A program made the position numbers and the translations under genes. From an uncultured Nitrososphaerales archaeon (GTDB taxonomy: Archaea > Thermoproteota > Nitrososphaeria > Nitrososphaerales > Nitrososphaeraceae): a stretch of DNA of 64,000 nt. Shown in pieces: positions 1 to 12,497 of this stretch (positions are counted from its first letter, which is position 1; each line of letters starts with the position of its first letter). The notes under the pieces are model-generated. The model searched no databases, was not told where the DNA came from, and saw nothing but the letters and a program-made list of their open reading frames with translations. The DNA is taken from contig CAVPXM010000030.1 in assembly GCA_963709405.1 (NCBI GenBank), forward strand, positions 160,001-224,000, in the 5' to 3' direction.

Positions 1-462
1 GACCTTGATAGAAAATATTATGGTATACAGGACTTTTTCGAGAAGCATCCAAAATCAAGGATTATGAAAAAAATAGGTAGACCAATAAGATTAGCTCCAC
101 CCAAACGGATGGAACCATTTAAGTCTGGCAATGTGATAGGTGTGGGAGAATCGATTGGATGCGTTTTTCCTATGCTGGGAGAAGGCATTATACCTTCTCT
201 ATTATGCTGTGACTTATTTCTCGACTCTTTGGAGGAAAGCAGTATTATCAATTTTGATGAATATAGAAGAAAAGTACTGAAAAAATTTGCATATTACGAT
301 GACGTTTACAGAATTGTAAGATTGAAAATGGAAAATAAATTGAACATGGTTAGACATCTCAATTTAGTAATGAGCATGTATAGGAATATGAAAAGGGAAG
401 AGAAAAGGTTTGGGTTTGAAATAAACTTTGGTAAAATGAGAAGATTAGTAAATGCCTTGTAG
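1..462 (+). CDS. Geranylgeranyl reductase-family FAD oxidoreductase, C-terminal part (5' end outside window)
   Basis: Frame open from base 1; VGESIGCVFPMLGEGI matches the GD/E-A-G...P..GEGI FAD motif of the GGR family. Confidence 0.75.
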   Translation, partial: DLDRKYYGIQDFFEKHPKSRIMKKIGRPIRLAPPKRMEPFKSGNVIGVGESIGCVFPMLGEGIIPSLLCCDLFLDSLEESSIINFDEYRRKVLKKFAYYDDVYRIVRLKMENKLNMVRHLNLVMSMYRNMKREEKRFGFEINFGKMRRLVNAL

Positions 463-548
463 CTGATAATCTTACTTTGCTTGCAGAATCAAATTCATAT
501 TAGGGCAGAGCAGAGATTATGAAGTTATATTTCAATCTAATTCGCAGT

Positions 549-612
549 ATTTGTGAGTAATTGATATGGAATTGTGTTTCATATAGATTTGTGAGTAATT
601 GATATGGAATTG
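549..612. repeat. 26-bp perfect direct repeat, two copies
   Basis: ATTTGTGAGTAATTGATATGGAATTG at 549-574 and 587-612, 12-bp spacer. Confidence 0.9.
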
Positions 613-698
613 GAGGCGAACTAAATCAATAATATATTTTAATATTGATGAGTAGAAAATAGTATCTTACAATATCGTTCAGCAAATTCAGTCAAAAT

Positions 699-935
699 TC
701 AAGCTTTAGGTTCTAGATTCACTATGAGCTTACCTGTGAAGGTTCCGGTTATACCTATTAGTAGTAGACCAATTTTATCTAATTCGTTGATGAAATGTTG
801 GTTTATGAATTTCGTTTTCAGCCTGAGACGCCCTGTCTGAATATCTTGTTCTAACCCTTTTATATCAATGCCTATCATTTCAATTTTCTTTTGCCATCTT
901 GCTAAACCATCGTCAGATTTCACCTCATCAGCCAT
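699..935 (-). CDS. Small hypothetical protein
   Basis: 78-aa ATG ORF with protein-like composition, no recognised motif. Confidence 0.4.
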   Translation of the reverse strand: MADEVKSDDGLARWQKKIEMIGIDIKGLEQDIQTGRLRLKTKFINQHFINELDKIGLLLIGITGTFTGKLIVNLEPKA

Positions 936-1028
936 TGAACAATAATCTCCAATTCTACTTCATCCGTATTGACATTGGATTACTTAATCCTTTTCTGTGT
1001 CGATATTCCTAGCGATATCCCTATTGTG

Positions 1029-1587
1029 TTATTCGTTGACTCGATTCGATACTTGGAATTTAGTGTGCTTTACTTGAACATGTTTCTTATTGGGGGGGGG
1101 AGGTCCAGTCTTACCGCCCTCCAGCATCCTATTATAGAAGTTCTGTTTATAATATCTTTCATAAAAGGAAGTGTGATTTTCCTCTAAATGCATCAGGTAT
1201 TCGTGCACTCTCTGGGCGGCTTCTCTTCCAGATGACATTGTTTTTACTACTAGCGACTTCGTTCAAGGCTTCATCCTTTAATTCAGATATAGACATCGAG
1301 AAGGGGCGAAACTCGCCATGAACCTTGCTACTAAGAATCCACTCGCGACCTTCCCTCTCATTGATAAGCTTAAATGTCAGATTATCCTCTTCCCTTATCT
1401 TCGCAATTTGAGTACCATTTAGTGATATTACAGCTTCCCGCGGTTTCCGGCTATTTATCACATATTCTGTATTCAATCGCTCAATTACTAGGAATAATGG
1501 ATTATGATAAGAATTTATAGCTTTATATGAATCTTTTTCAACCTGATTTCGAGCTGAAATGTGATTATTTTCTATAGTGCTGCCCAA
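1029..1587 (-). CDS. Hypothetical protein(s): overlapping ORFs 1159-1587 and 1029-1238, possibly one frameshifted gene
   Basis: Two overlapping same-strand ORFs; G9 run at 1092-1100. Confidence 0.35.
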
Positions 1588-1692
1588 ACAAGTGAGTCAT
1601 TCAGATTAATTCATTGCTACGTCCACTTTTGAAGAGAAAATAATGCCTGGCGTGCAATCAATTAGAAATCTTTTTAATTCATTTGTGAAACT

Positions 1693-2232
1693 GTGCTATA
1701 TAAGGGATATCGTGTGAAGTCTAACTTATTGTTGTCCATAGTTGGCACTAGCCTGTTGTTATTGATATTTGGTATTCCATTTTTGAAAGGAGGTCCGGTC
1801 GAATTTTTTGCTTCAGGTCTGGATCTAAAGCCTGCCAGTGGTAATCACTCGTTGTACATGCTCGCAAATATTACTATAAATGGATTCAACCTACTAGCCG
1901 ATGTTCCGACCACGAACGATCAATTTCAAAAAGGATTAGATATTAAAGATCATATTAAGGAGAACGAAGGGATGCTATTCATTTTCAAACAGCCGGGTAA
2001 ATACCCTTTTTGGATGCATGGCATGAAATTTCCGATAGATATCATCTGGCTTGATAATGATAGTAATGTTGTACATGTAGAACATAACTTGTCACCATGT
2101 GTAATCGATCTTATGTGTCCAACGTACTCGCCGGAAAGAGACGCGATGTACGTGTTGGAAACCAAGGCGGGTTTTTCTGAAAGACATAATGTAAAGACGG
2201 GCTCGCACATGAATTATCATTTGATCAGATAA
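1693..2232 (+). CDS. DUF192 domain protein with N-terminal membrane anchor
   Basis: GMLFIF, FWMHGMKFPIDIIWLD and YVLE motifs typical of DUF192. Confidence 0.9.
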   Translation: MLYKGYRVKSNLLLSIVGTSLLLLIFGIPFLKGGPVEFFASGLDLKPASGNHSLYMLANITINGFNLLADVPTTNDQFQKGLDIKDHIKENEGMLFIFKQPGKYPFWMHGMKFPIDIIWLDNDSNVVHVEHNLSPCVIDLMCPTYSPERDAMYVLETKAGFSERHNVKTGSHMNYHLIR

Positions 2233-2523
2233 TCAATCTTGGACGAGAGTAACTATCTAAAGACCAGATATACAAGTTGAGCAATAATATAATGACTGCA
2301 GCGATTGACATTTTGATGGCAAACGAATCTATTTTTCGTCTTGGTAATAGCCGACTAAATAGATTAGCATATCAGGATGATGGCACTTGAAGGAAAGAAT
2401 TTGTAACATAGAGTGTATATGTTAATGAAAGTTGATGGTACATGTAATATTGCTCTCAGAAATGTCCTATCACTTGATCCTTGACAATCCTTAAGTAATT
2501 GTTATTAGGTAAGGTAAGATTAC

Positions 2524-3205
2524 ATGGAATTAAAAATAACGGCTGTCATAGTATTCTTGATAGCAAACCTGTTTACAATAGGATTGGTCTCTTTCCAGTC
2601 GAGCATCGTTAATGAAACATATGCAGCGTCCTCGAATGCAACTAATGCAACTAATGCAACATCGAATACAATGCAGGCTGCTCTTCAAAAAGAAGCGCTC
2701 AAATTAACCCCACCATCTTCTTCTAACGATGCTCAAATAACAACGACGAAAAATTCTATTGTTTTGGGAAATCCATCATATATAGAATATATCAAAAGCA
2801 TCCGACAACAACCTTTAGTCCTGAATACTGGACTGCATGCCGTTGGAATGATATTCATAGGTAAAGGAACGGTAAAGGGTACAAGCTTTGTACAGACTGA
2901 AGGCAAAGCATTGATTATACCGTTGTCCCAAGGAATTGCAGATATCGTTGGTGGTGGGCTTATCAGAGCTGCGAATGGAGAAGGTGGGAATGCAACTTAT
3001 AGCTTTAGGGAAATTGGCCATTATAATCCATCAACTCAGACCGCTCAAGGAACTGCGAATCAGATCATGAATGGAACAGGAGCGAGCCATATTTAACGCG
3101 AACGCCACTGGAAGCTTGTCTTTCCTTAGCAATACTGTGGTAATGTTTAAAGATGAAGGTAATCCAAGTGGTGTTAGTACGATCAAAGGATGGGAATGGA
3201 AGTAA
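2524..3205 (+). CDS. Secreted beta-rich hypothetical protein (frameshift near 3085)
   Basis: Signal peptide; second frame continues AIFNANATGSLSFLSNTVVMFKDE...GWEWK* to 3205. Confidence 0.65.
2635..2661 (+). repeat. 9-bp in-frame tandem repeat x3 (NAT-NAT-NAT)
   Basis: AATGCAACT AATGCAACT AATGCAACA. Confidence 0.85.
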
Positions 3206-3730
3206 CTATATTAGAAGAATAGAACAAGCCGAATCTTTCGACTTGCCCTTTTCCTATCGGTTTGATTATCATATATTTTATCCTAAAAGCTGGTGTTAGA
3301 TTGGCCTGTCCTTGTCTGTGATCCACAAAATTGAATGAAAAATTAAAAATCGCCTCAGGAGCTGATAGGAAGTCTTGAGTCAACAGGTAATTTCTTCATA
3401 CTGATATTTGCCCCATGAGATAATTAAATAGTCTCATCGTGAGAAGAACTACTCCGGCTAAGATGATTGATGTACTCTTTTTATATGTGCATGTTTAGCC
3501 GTCAACATATTACTCATGAACTGCGAATTGAAAACAAAACAAAACGTCAAATATAGTTTCGCCTAGTCAGTCAGCTGAGCTACATGGGAGGTACAATCGG
3601 TAAATATCGCCAAACAATTAAAAATATGCTTTCAACATAATAGTTTTGATTCCCTAAAACGCATTATTTTAGTTGTGGCCCAGTCCAATAGTTAAAGAAG
3701 GATTAAGGTCGTTTTATTTTCTTCATTCTC

Positions 3731-4561
3731 TCACCTTGATACACTTGACTGCATTGATTTACAGATCATCATTTCAGTGGAAGGACTTTCCGTAATAACT
3801 GACAGCAATAGTAGTTCTATCGGATACAAGATATTACCTACTAAGTATGCCATCCTGTCGCTATGACGCACGAGTGACGTAATGGTACGCCACATTAATT
3901 TCAAAACAGATCGATTCGTATCAATCGGCGCATTCATTAAAACAAACATTGGACGACGCAGTATTACTTCGAAGTTGTTTTCGCGCAACGCTTTTTGAAT
4001 AACGCTCAATGATCTGCTAACTTGACGTGCAGATCTTAATGAATCCTGATGTAGAAAATTATCTGAAAAAATAAAGAGGCCGCCAGGTTTTAATAATGAA
4101 AAAATATTTTTGATGGCATTGTTGTATCTCGAATCATCTACAATATGGAATAATACATCAAATGCAGAAATAATGTCAAATTTATTTTGAAGAGTTTTAT
4201 AGCCCGCTTCATCTCCAATGTCTAGCTGTAAGAATTCGTTGGATGGATACATTGATCTCAAATTCTCCACAGCTACCATTGTTATATCTGTGCCAGTTAT
4301 CCTAATTACGCCGAGGTCTTTCCACAGTCTCACATAAAACCCTGTACCTGAACCAATATCCAACACGTTCACATTTCCATAGTCAATATTCAGCTTTCTG
4401 ATTCTCTGCACGAAGACCCGCTGCCTAACCTTATACATATATTCATTATATCGCCTTCCGAGGCCTTGGAAGCCTGTGCCATGTAATCCAAAATTTTCTT
4501 TTAATCTCCATTCCCAATAATCTTTAGAATTTAAATCGCTCAACTTAGGTGAACAGAACAA
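3731..4561 (-). CDS. Class I SAM-dependent methyltransferase
   Basis: VLDIGSGTG motif I, FDIISAFDVLFHI, LLKPGGLF. Confidence 0.9.
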   Translation of the reverse strand: MFCSPKLSDLNSKDYWEWRLKENFGLHGTGFQGLGRRYNEYMYKVRQRVFVQRIRKLNIDYGNVNVLDIGSGTGFYVRLWKDLGVIRITGTDITMVAVENLRSMYPSNEFLQLDIGDEAGYKTLQNKFDIISAFDVLFHIVDDSRYNNAIKNIFSLLKPGGLFIFSDNFLHQDSLRSARQVSRSLSVIQKALRENNFEVILRRPMFVLMNAPIDTNRSVLKLMWRTITSLVRHSDRMAYLVGNILYPIELLLLSVITESPSTEMMICKSMQSSVSR

Positions 4562-4656
4562 AGTACAACATATAAAAATCTAGTGACTATCTGATCAACA
4601 TCTAAAAATTACTATCTTGCTCTTGTTGTTGTTAAGATACATCACTTATCTAAAAG

Positions 4657-5497
4657 TTAAGTATGAAATATGCTCTTTATTTTTTCGACCTGTTTTTTTC
4701 TTACAAATTGTCTGAGCTCTTCATCATAAACACAATTATACCCTTCATTTTCTGCCTTATATGTAAGATAATAATAGATCATATATAACGAGCCACGTCG
4801 CCCTGTTACAGTCCCGGTTGAAAAGTACTTGGCGAACCTTCCTAATGCATACATTGGATGATATCCCAGTGTATGCATACTAACTCCAAATTCAAAGAAG
4901 CGATGATTCAATCCTAGAGGCCTTGTATGTCGATACTTTGCTTCTTCTATTACAGCGTATTTGTAACCAAGATATTCTGCCTCATACAGAATAGCAGATT
5001 CATAACCCATTTGTTCAGGATAACTACCATTCCATCTAGTCTTTTCAAAAAAGGAATTTCTTATATATCTACCAGCACCATGAGGCATTTCAGGTTTGTG
5101 TTTAGTATAATTGCCCGATACTACAGCTACATCAGGATTAGAATCCAAATACGAGACGATCCTAGGCAGCGTAATTGGAAGGATATTCTGTATCATCTGT
5201 AGCGATTAGATGATAGTCTGTTCTAACCAAGTTTCTTTGTTTCACGAGCTGTAACGCTGCATTCCAATTCCTAACAACTCTTCTTATATCATATCCAACA
5301 TCGGGATTTGTAATTATGAATAGCTCACTCCAGTTATGTTTCAGTTCTTCAAGAATCACTGGTGTATTGTCCTTAGAGCCATCATCTATAACTATAATAT
5401 ATTCTGGCTTCAATTCTTGATTCCTTAATGAGAGTAGCGCCGACTTGATACTGTCTTCCGAGTTCCTAGATGTCACAATAGCAAAATAACTACCCAA
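4657..5497 (-). CDS. GT2 (GT-A) glycosyltransferase, frameshift near 5180
   Basis: IIVIDDGSKDNT and ATDD motifs; the two ORFs join into one GT2-length protein. Confidence 0.8.
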
Positions 5498-5613
5498 TTA
5501 ATTATAGGACTAATGAGTAACATCAATTTTAAAGTTCTTTAATCTTTTGTTACGAGGAATCGTGGATAGTATACCAAATCCGAACGAGTCTTGCCTTTTC
5601 TTATATAGTAAAT

Positions 5614-6060
5614 CTAAGTGGTCTTTGAAATATAACAGTTGAGAAACCATCTCTTCATCAGTGTATCAAACACTGAGCAATGACCTTGGAGCGTTCTAAC
5701 TACGGGCTGAATAGATGATGAACACATGACAAGGGCACCAGCGTGAGCATATTCATATGGCTTGTTTGGGTTGCTAAGAGATGAGCCCAATGCTTCCTCC
5801 ATGGCACTAGGCCTATTGAATGATTGGAGATTTCATTAAACATATCTTGCCTAGATAGAAATCCTTTGTATCTAACCTTATCAGTTGATTTATTCTCCCA
5901 TGATATCCACATGTGTTGCGTATTTTTTTCAGGAATTCAGGCATATCCCTGCCTCTTTGATTTGCCAAGTTCTTTACGTATTGAAAATAAAACATCAATT
6001 CTACAGTAAACATGAATTATATCAGTTGATCCAGCATGCATTAAACATTGTTTATAAAAT
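5614..6060 (-). pseudogene. Degraded C-terminal fragment of GT-B glycosyltransferase family A (paralog of 11336-12497)
   Basis: HSIGLVPWRKHW and NPNKPYEYAHAG match the paralogs; N-terminal half absent; multiple breaks. Confidence 0.75.
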
Positions 6061-6241
6061 TCTCTACTTGCAAGTATTATATATTCTTTGTAAAAGTCCT
6101 TTATTCCTTATTTATCCGAGCTGCGAGTGGTTACTCCCTATGATTCATGGCCTTGCAGTTACTAAAAGTTCGCAAGAACAAATGCTACACCAACCCGATC
6201 GAATATATGGAGAATCCGTAACATATCCTCCCGGTGGAGTA

Positions 6242-6761
6242 TTACATATTCTCCGAGTTTACTTTTGCATCTATGGTGTTGGTTTTTTGAGTTTGCCCAT
6301 TATCATCTGATCCATTTGTAGTCGATGATGGCCTGGGCGCGGCGGTTCTTAGACTACGCCGAGTTATCTTTGTAAGCATTTGTCTCATTTGCAGTTTCTC
6401 TTCCTCTGATACCCTTCCATCAATTAAGTCGATTACAAACAACCACATTGTGGCTCCTATTTCATTTTCCTTAAACATGGCATCTTGCTCCACTTTCCAC
6501 TGGCTTTTTCGATGCCAATATCCAATAACTATGCCCAGGGGAACATAAAGCTGCTACGAAAAGGAGAGCAAATACCCATATACTATGAAATATTGGATTA
6601 AATGCTGGGACCTTGTCAATCAGTAGCTTGTACTGGATGGTAACAAAGTTAGCAAAAGTCATTATAAATATTAAATAAATACTGTGGCCATTACGAAAAT
6701 CGAGCCATCGTCTTCTTACCCAATTTCCAGTTGCTTTTCGTATAAGGTCTCTAGTGAGCAT
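6242..6761 (-). CDS. Conserved hypothetical membrane protein (frameshift near 6545)
   Basis: RRRWLDFRNGHSIYLIF followed by two TM segments; continues into the 6242-6493 ORF. Confidence 0.6.
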
Positions 6762-6808
6762 ATACGTTTAATGATGCTTTTTACCGTTAAAATATGTTAC
6801 GCATTCAT

Positions 6809-8391
6809 TTAATGAGTTTGGTTGATAACTTTCGCCGTCTGCATCATGTTCGAATACACTCTGGATATAGTGACGATTTCAGATGAATAAACGCTTTTAA
6901 CCTTCAGGCCACGGAGATCAGGACTTTCTCCCTTCAATGCGAATATGTAAGTATTTTGGGATTTTGAATTTCGTAAAAAATTGACCAGACCATCATTGGT
7001 ATTGAAAAAACGAAAGGTTCTGTCGTTTTCAAACTCCAGTTCCATCCAGCCCCTTAAGTGACTTGCTCCAATTATAGTCGCATTTGGTCTAGTATTTTTG
7101 TTGATCCAATCTATAGCAGACAGTAGCTCAGGATTCTCCTTTATATCAACTGAATTGAACTGCATGCTGACTGGTTCGAACGATCCTACATATCCACGCA
7201 CAATATCATACAATATAAATGGGCTACCATATGGTAATGCAATATAGCCGATTCCAATAATACCAAATATCGCTATTGCGATTAAAAGGACAGAATACCC
7301 AGTTTTCAAGTTTCTGGCACGAATCCTTTTGCTAAGGATGATGAACCCGTATCCTCCAAAAATGGAAAGAAAAATTCCAGTCAATATGATCCATCTGTTG
7401 GCAACCAAAGCTTCATTATTTGGAAAGAGTATCCATGAAAACGAACCAAAAAGAGTGATTAGGAGTGCTATTTTTAGGATTTTATTATTACCCTGGTATC
7501 GCAAACCTAGCAAAGATGTCGGCACTAAGAGACCGTTCACAATAATAAAAGAAATTAACAGATTGAATCCATTGTAAGAGTTGGGGATTGTTCCCGAATG
7601 TCGAACTGTAACTGCCTGATGTTCAATAAAACTAAAATTAATAACGTTATCCCACAGATTAGAGCCCGTGAACACGGCGATTATAAATATACTGAAGGCA
7701 ATAATTGAACTCACAAGGGCGATTCTACAATTGGATTTGACGGCATATATAAGTAGAGAAAGCGAAAATAACCCACCAATCATCCTGTCCGATACAACGA
7801 CAATAGAGCATAAGATTAGTGATGATATCAGTTTCAGTAGTTTGTTCTCATCAATGCTTACTCTGTGAACAGCAATTAGTGAAAAGGCGAACAACATTAG
7901 CGATATGGAAAAGACATCTTTGTGCAGATCCCATGACGTACGAAGCACGGCCATTTGTACGATTACAAACACTGATAAGAACGTGCTTTCTGCGATACTT
8001 ATGTTCAGCATTCTTATTCCCATCACAAATATTGAGACAGAAAGCATTCCAAAGATGACCGTGGCTGATATTAAAACGGTAATGTATGGGGACGACCCGA
8101 TAGGTACTTAGGCAATAAATGCAGTAGATAGACATAGAACGGAAATTCGTGCGCGGTAGTATGCCAATGAAAATCGAAATTTGTCACGTACAGGGATGTA
8201 ATAGTTAATAACATCATATCCTATAGGATACGGATATGCGAGCATTTCGGGAACGAGTCTAGAGTACGAAACCAGCTGAAAAAACCAGCGCTGCTGCACA
8301 GTATTTATCTGTTACAAGCCGTGAAATCGGTGAAATAAGGGTGTACAATCGAGTCAGACGGGTACCAAATTAATATCGTGTATTGCTTCAT
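6809..8391 (-). CDS. Polytopic membrane protein, GT-C/oligosaccharyltransferase-like (frameshifted 5' part)
   Basis: Many TM helices; PYPIGYDVINYY loop; C-terminal AIDWINKNT...II motif of GT-C-type proteins. Confidence 0.6.
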
Positions 8392-9610
8392 TCATAGGTG
8401 ATGTGTATCTTTTATCTCACGAGTAATAAACAATTTATACCAAATTTCTAAGCTCAATAATTGAAGCAATTTGCTAATATATCTCGGATCTCCGGTTTGA
8501 TCTATTCTAGATAATGCGTTATGGTACCATTTTTGATCTATTATTTTTTCCTCAAATATTCGCCCTCGTTCCAAATTAGATGTTACAATGTCTTTTCCCT
8601 CATTTGACCATAATGTATTCAAGTCCATGCCAAATCCTATTTTTTCGTTCTCACTGAACTCATGCTTGGAGGTCCGTTTTAGGATAGATCGCAGTGGAAT
8701 CTTCCCGACATCATTTTTAAAATCATATTTCAAATCTGAAGGAATTTTGGTGGAGAGAATTACAACTTCGTCGTCCAAAAGAGGTGCTATTCCATTAATA
8801 TTAAAATGGTTGAAATATTTCTCATTTGTGGGTACAAAATCATGCATTAACTTACCATGATAGTCTGCATACAACACCTGGTCTAATGGTTCTAAATTGT
8901 TGTTGAAATATTTTTCAAATATTTCGTAAATTGAAAACCAATTAAATTTCATCTTTTCTGCGAACATTTTTTCTGATCATCTACCCAATCACGCTCATGA
9001 CATTGTAGATAGATCTGAATACGTTCTAGCGAAGTAGATTTTGATGTAATGGTTGAGAGGTATTTCCTATATCTGAACGTATATCCTGCAAATAATTCAT
9101 CACCACCATCCCCAGTAAATAGGATATTAGATGTAGATTTTGCCTCCTTGATAAAATAATATTGATATATATTCCATCTCGGTTCTTTAATTATGCTTAA
9201 CATTTTGACTAGATCTCTTAAGGGGTTTTCGACAACGATATGATTGAATCCTGCTCCTTTGCTCTCTGATATCTGCTTAGCAATCAAAACTTCATGATCG
9301 TCGTAGAAGCTCTACGCTATAACAATTTATGTCGATAGCTGGGAATTCTTCTCGTATTAGCGAAAATATGAGATTCGAATCTACACCTGTGCTCAATGCA
9401 AGAGCAATACGGTTAGTGTTATTTGTCTCAACAGACTTTTTTATAATACGACGCAGAGTTTTTTCTAGTTCCAATGGAGTCGGAATTGGTTCTACGCTTT
9501 TTCTTTGAGCCGAAATTTGATCCGCGGTAATTTCAATAATTTTACTGTATTCTTTGGATAAGAAGGGTCATATCTCAATGTCAGCAAATTACATAGATTT
9601 ATCAACGGTT
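8392..9610 (-). CDS. Asparagine synthase C-terminal (AsnB-like amidotransferase) domain protein, frameshifted
   Basis: ALSTGVDS PP-loop, FTGDGGDELFAGY, GKIPLR and KIGF; LLTLRYDP near the N-terminus; 5' coordinate approximate. Confidence 0.8.
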
Positions 9611-9710
9611 AGTCGTACTCCTGCTTTTTAAAAAATATATCGTAAGACTTCTGGGGTGCAAATCTAAATTCTAATATGAAGCAAAGGGAATCTATGGATA
9701 TACGCTGTTC

Positions 9711-10040
9711 TTAATTTCTATATATTGATAGAATTTTAATGCATAACAACGATGGCCCTTGGAACTTGGATTCATTCGTTTGTATGCTCCTTCCTGCATC
9801 GCACCTATTTTTTCTGGGGAGTGATATTTCTTTACATATTCTATTCCCTTTTTTTGATACTTTTTGCTTGGTGCTTGTGTCTTGTATTAAAGCTTCTAGA
9901 TCTTGCCTAAGATTCTGCATGGTAGTCATGAAGATCGGTGGTTTGTAATTATCGCATAACTTGGCAGACACGTATGCAATAACCGGCTTTCCAAGTGCCA
10001 TACCTTCAAGTTCGAACGTCACAAACCAGCCAATTTTACG
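9711..10040 (-). pseudogene. C-terminal half of GT-B glycosyltransferase family B
   Basis: IGWFVTFELEGMALGKPVIAYVS matches the 12379-13395 product; no N-terminal half adjacent. Confidence 0.8.
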
Positions 10041-10168
10041 GAATGAGATAGAGCAATTAAAATAGATGACATTGCTCAGGGATTATCATTTTTCTTTTGT
10101 TGCACAATGGAATTCTTCGAGGAGGTGGCAAAATTTAGAGCTGCGCCAGGGAGATATATGCTAAAATA

Positions 10169-10800
10169 ATGAAGGATAGCTTTCATGCCAATAATGCAAA
10201 ATCCCAATTTCGGCCAGATATTCTGACAGTTGATGGAGGTGACCTACATATTGCTGCTCATGAATTAAGAACAACTAGGTTCTATGGCGGAACTGAGGAA
10301 AGCACTACTGGTGTGAAGAGGTTAGAGATATTACAGTCAAGGAAAGGCCTGAAATATCCTGCTGATAGCGGTGAATAATGCATATACAAAACAGTTATTC
10401 GATAACCGACTGGCTTGTCTCTATCGGGGAAACAAGTAATAGTATGCGGTGACGGCTGGGTAGGAAAAGGTGTATCTGTCAGAGCAAGAGGGATGAGAGC
10501 AATTGTTACCATAACAGAAATTGATCCCATAAAAGCTCTAGAGGCACACATGGACGGATTCAATGTTAAACGATTATCCGAGATTGCGGCACTTTATTGA
10601 CATCTTTATAACACGTACTGGCAACGGGAGTGTTATTAGATAAGAGCCTACCATAAAAATGAAGGTTGGGGCGACACTGGCTAACGCTGGACATTTCGAT
10701 GTTGAAATAGATATCGATTATCTTTCTTTTCAGGACAATTTTCCGTTTTGGTAAGGTCTAACGTAGACTGCTTTAAATTTCGTGATAAGAAACAATATCT
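10169..10800 (+). pseudogene. ahcY: Adenosylhomocysteinase relic
   Basis: DGGDL, GGTEESTTGV, KQLFDNR, VCGDGWVGKG, EIDPIKALEA and ANAGHFDVEID; internal deletion after DNR, stops, both ends missing. Confidence 0.9.
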
Positions 10801-11061
10801 GGTTTTCAATTTTTAAAACATTCTCGCATTTGACAATAATCGTTCCCGTCTGAATACCCTGCGACTTTGATCTAATGTTTAGGATATAGTCTGGTTATGG
10901 AAGATGAAATTCATTTAGAAAAATACCGGACATATTGAGATCATAATGCTGACTGCTGTAACGAATTTAAGTTCATAACCTCTTTCCAGGATCTCCTTAA
11001 TTACGGATTGAATTTTATAATATTAGGCCTAGTACCCGATAACTAGAACTAGCTTCTTCAT
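10785..11061 (-). pseudogene. wecB: UDP-N-acetylglucosamine 2-epimerase, N-terminal relic (not in ORF track)
   Basis: Manual translation across frameshifts: MKKLVLVIG-TRPNIIK...QHYDLNMSGIF...PDYILNIRSKSQGIQTG. Confidence 0.8.
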
Positions 11062-11335
11062 AATTACGTTGTACTTTTTGATAAGTGTATCCAATCCCCA
11101 TTCCCTAGTATCTTGCTCGAAAACTGGCTTCTAGTCTTCTAACGTTTGATTTTTAGGTAATTGTAACTGAATACAATCGTCCGAACTCGGTATTCTTTCC
11201 CACTCGCTTACTCCCCTTTCCCGAAATTATTAACGCAAAGCAGTTGTTCTGTGGTTAAACTCACGGACAGAAAGATTAGACAAAAATACATTTATAATTC
11301 TTATAAAAGCACACTATATTTCAGTATTACAAGTC

Positions 11336-12497
11336 GTGAGGATCCTACATTTTTCGAATATAAGTTTGCCGTATTGGAGAATTGAGAAAGGCAGCCATCA
11401 GTGCATTAAATCGAGGCCACGAGATTTTTTTTGTAGGAAATGATTCAGTCAATTATAATAATAAAATCTTCTCTAAAATATACAAAATTAATTGGACAGC
11501 AAAGGCGAGATTAGGAATTCCGACGTATTGGTATTATCTAAAAAAGGAGGTGGGAAAAGTCATGAAGGAAGTAAAACCAGACATAGTCCATGCTCATAAT
11601 ATTTTTTCAGCAAAGATGATCTCTGAATTTGGGCTACCATTCATATATGACGATCATGAATATTGGTCTCAATTTTCAAAACTAATTTCTGAAATGGTTG
11701 ATACATTATCTTGGAGAGACAGATCACCAGCGGATACTGTAAGAACAATTGCAATTGGTTTACCTACAAAAGTAAGAAGAACTATTATAAATCGATATGC
11801 AATACATTTGTGGACGAACTGGGAAAAAGAAGTGGTCTCGTCCGCTCCCACTATTACAGTATCTGATAAAATCGCCGAAGGGTTAAGAGTAACAGGTAAT
11901 AGTGATAAAGTCTTCATAGTACCAAATTTTCCGATGAAATTTGAGACTGAAAATCTCGCGAAGCCATACGTCCAATCAAGGTTATCATCCGTTTATGCAG
12001 GGTCTGATGGCCTCAACAAGCAAAAAATACCAAACCGAAATATAGACGGAATTACAGACATATTTATCAATCGAAATATAGGCGAACTTACCATTATTGG
12101 ATGGGAAGGAAGATCTTCGTCTGAGAAGATTAGGTATGCTGGTCTTCTCCCTCGACAAGCCATGTTTACTGAAATGTTCGAACATTCGATCGGATTAATA
12201 CCGTTCAAAAAACATTGGTCACATTTTTTTGTGAGCCCAAACAAAGCATATGAATATGCACATGCTGGTCTTTTTGTTCTGGTGCAACATCTTCTCTAAT
12301 ACCCGTACAAGACACCTTGGAGGACAATTGCATCACATTTGAAGATTACAATGATCTGGTATCAAACTCAATAGTACTTCAGAGACAATCTAGAGGAGCT
12401 CTACCAGAAGAGACTAAAAATATTTGAATATGCCCATCAACATTTGATTTGGGAAAATTATGAGAAAAATATATTTCGTGCGTATCAGTTGAGTTGA
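11336..12497 (+). CDS. GT-B (GT4-like) glycosyltransferase family A, frameshifts near 11390 and 12285-12370
   Basis: GTG start, RILHFS, KPDIVHAHN, IYDDHE, SPNKAYEYAHAG, WENYEK. Confidence 0.8.
12378..12475. repeat. 98-bp inverted repeat, left copy (partner 17634-17731)
   Basis: 97/98 identical to the reverse complement of 17634-17731 by manual alignment. Confidence 0.9.

Noticed and set aside
549-612. Possible CRISPR mini-array
   Set aside because: Only two repeats, a 12-bp spacer and no cas genes
1092-1100. G9 tract as a phase-variation switch
   Set aside because: No alternative frame gives a clearly longer product, and homopolymers are unreliable in this assembly
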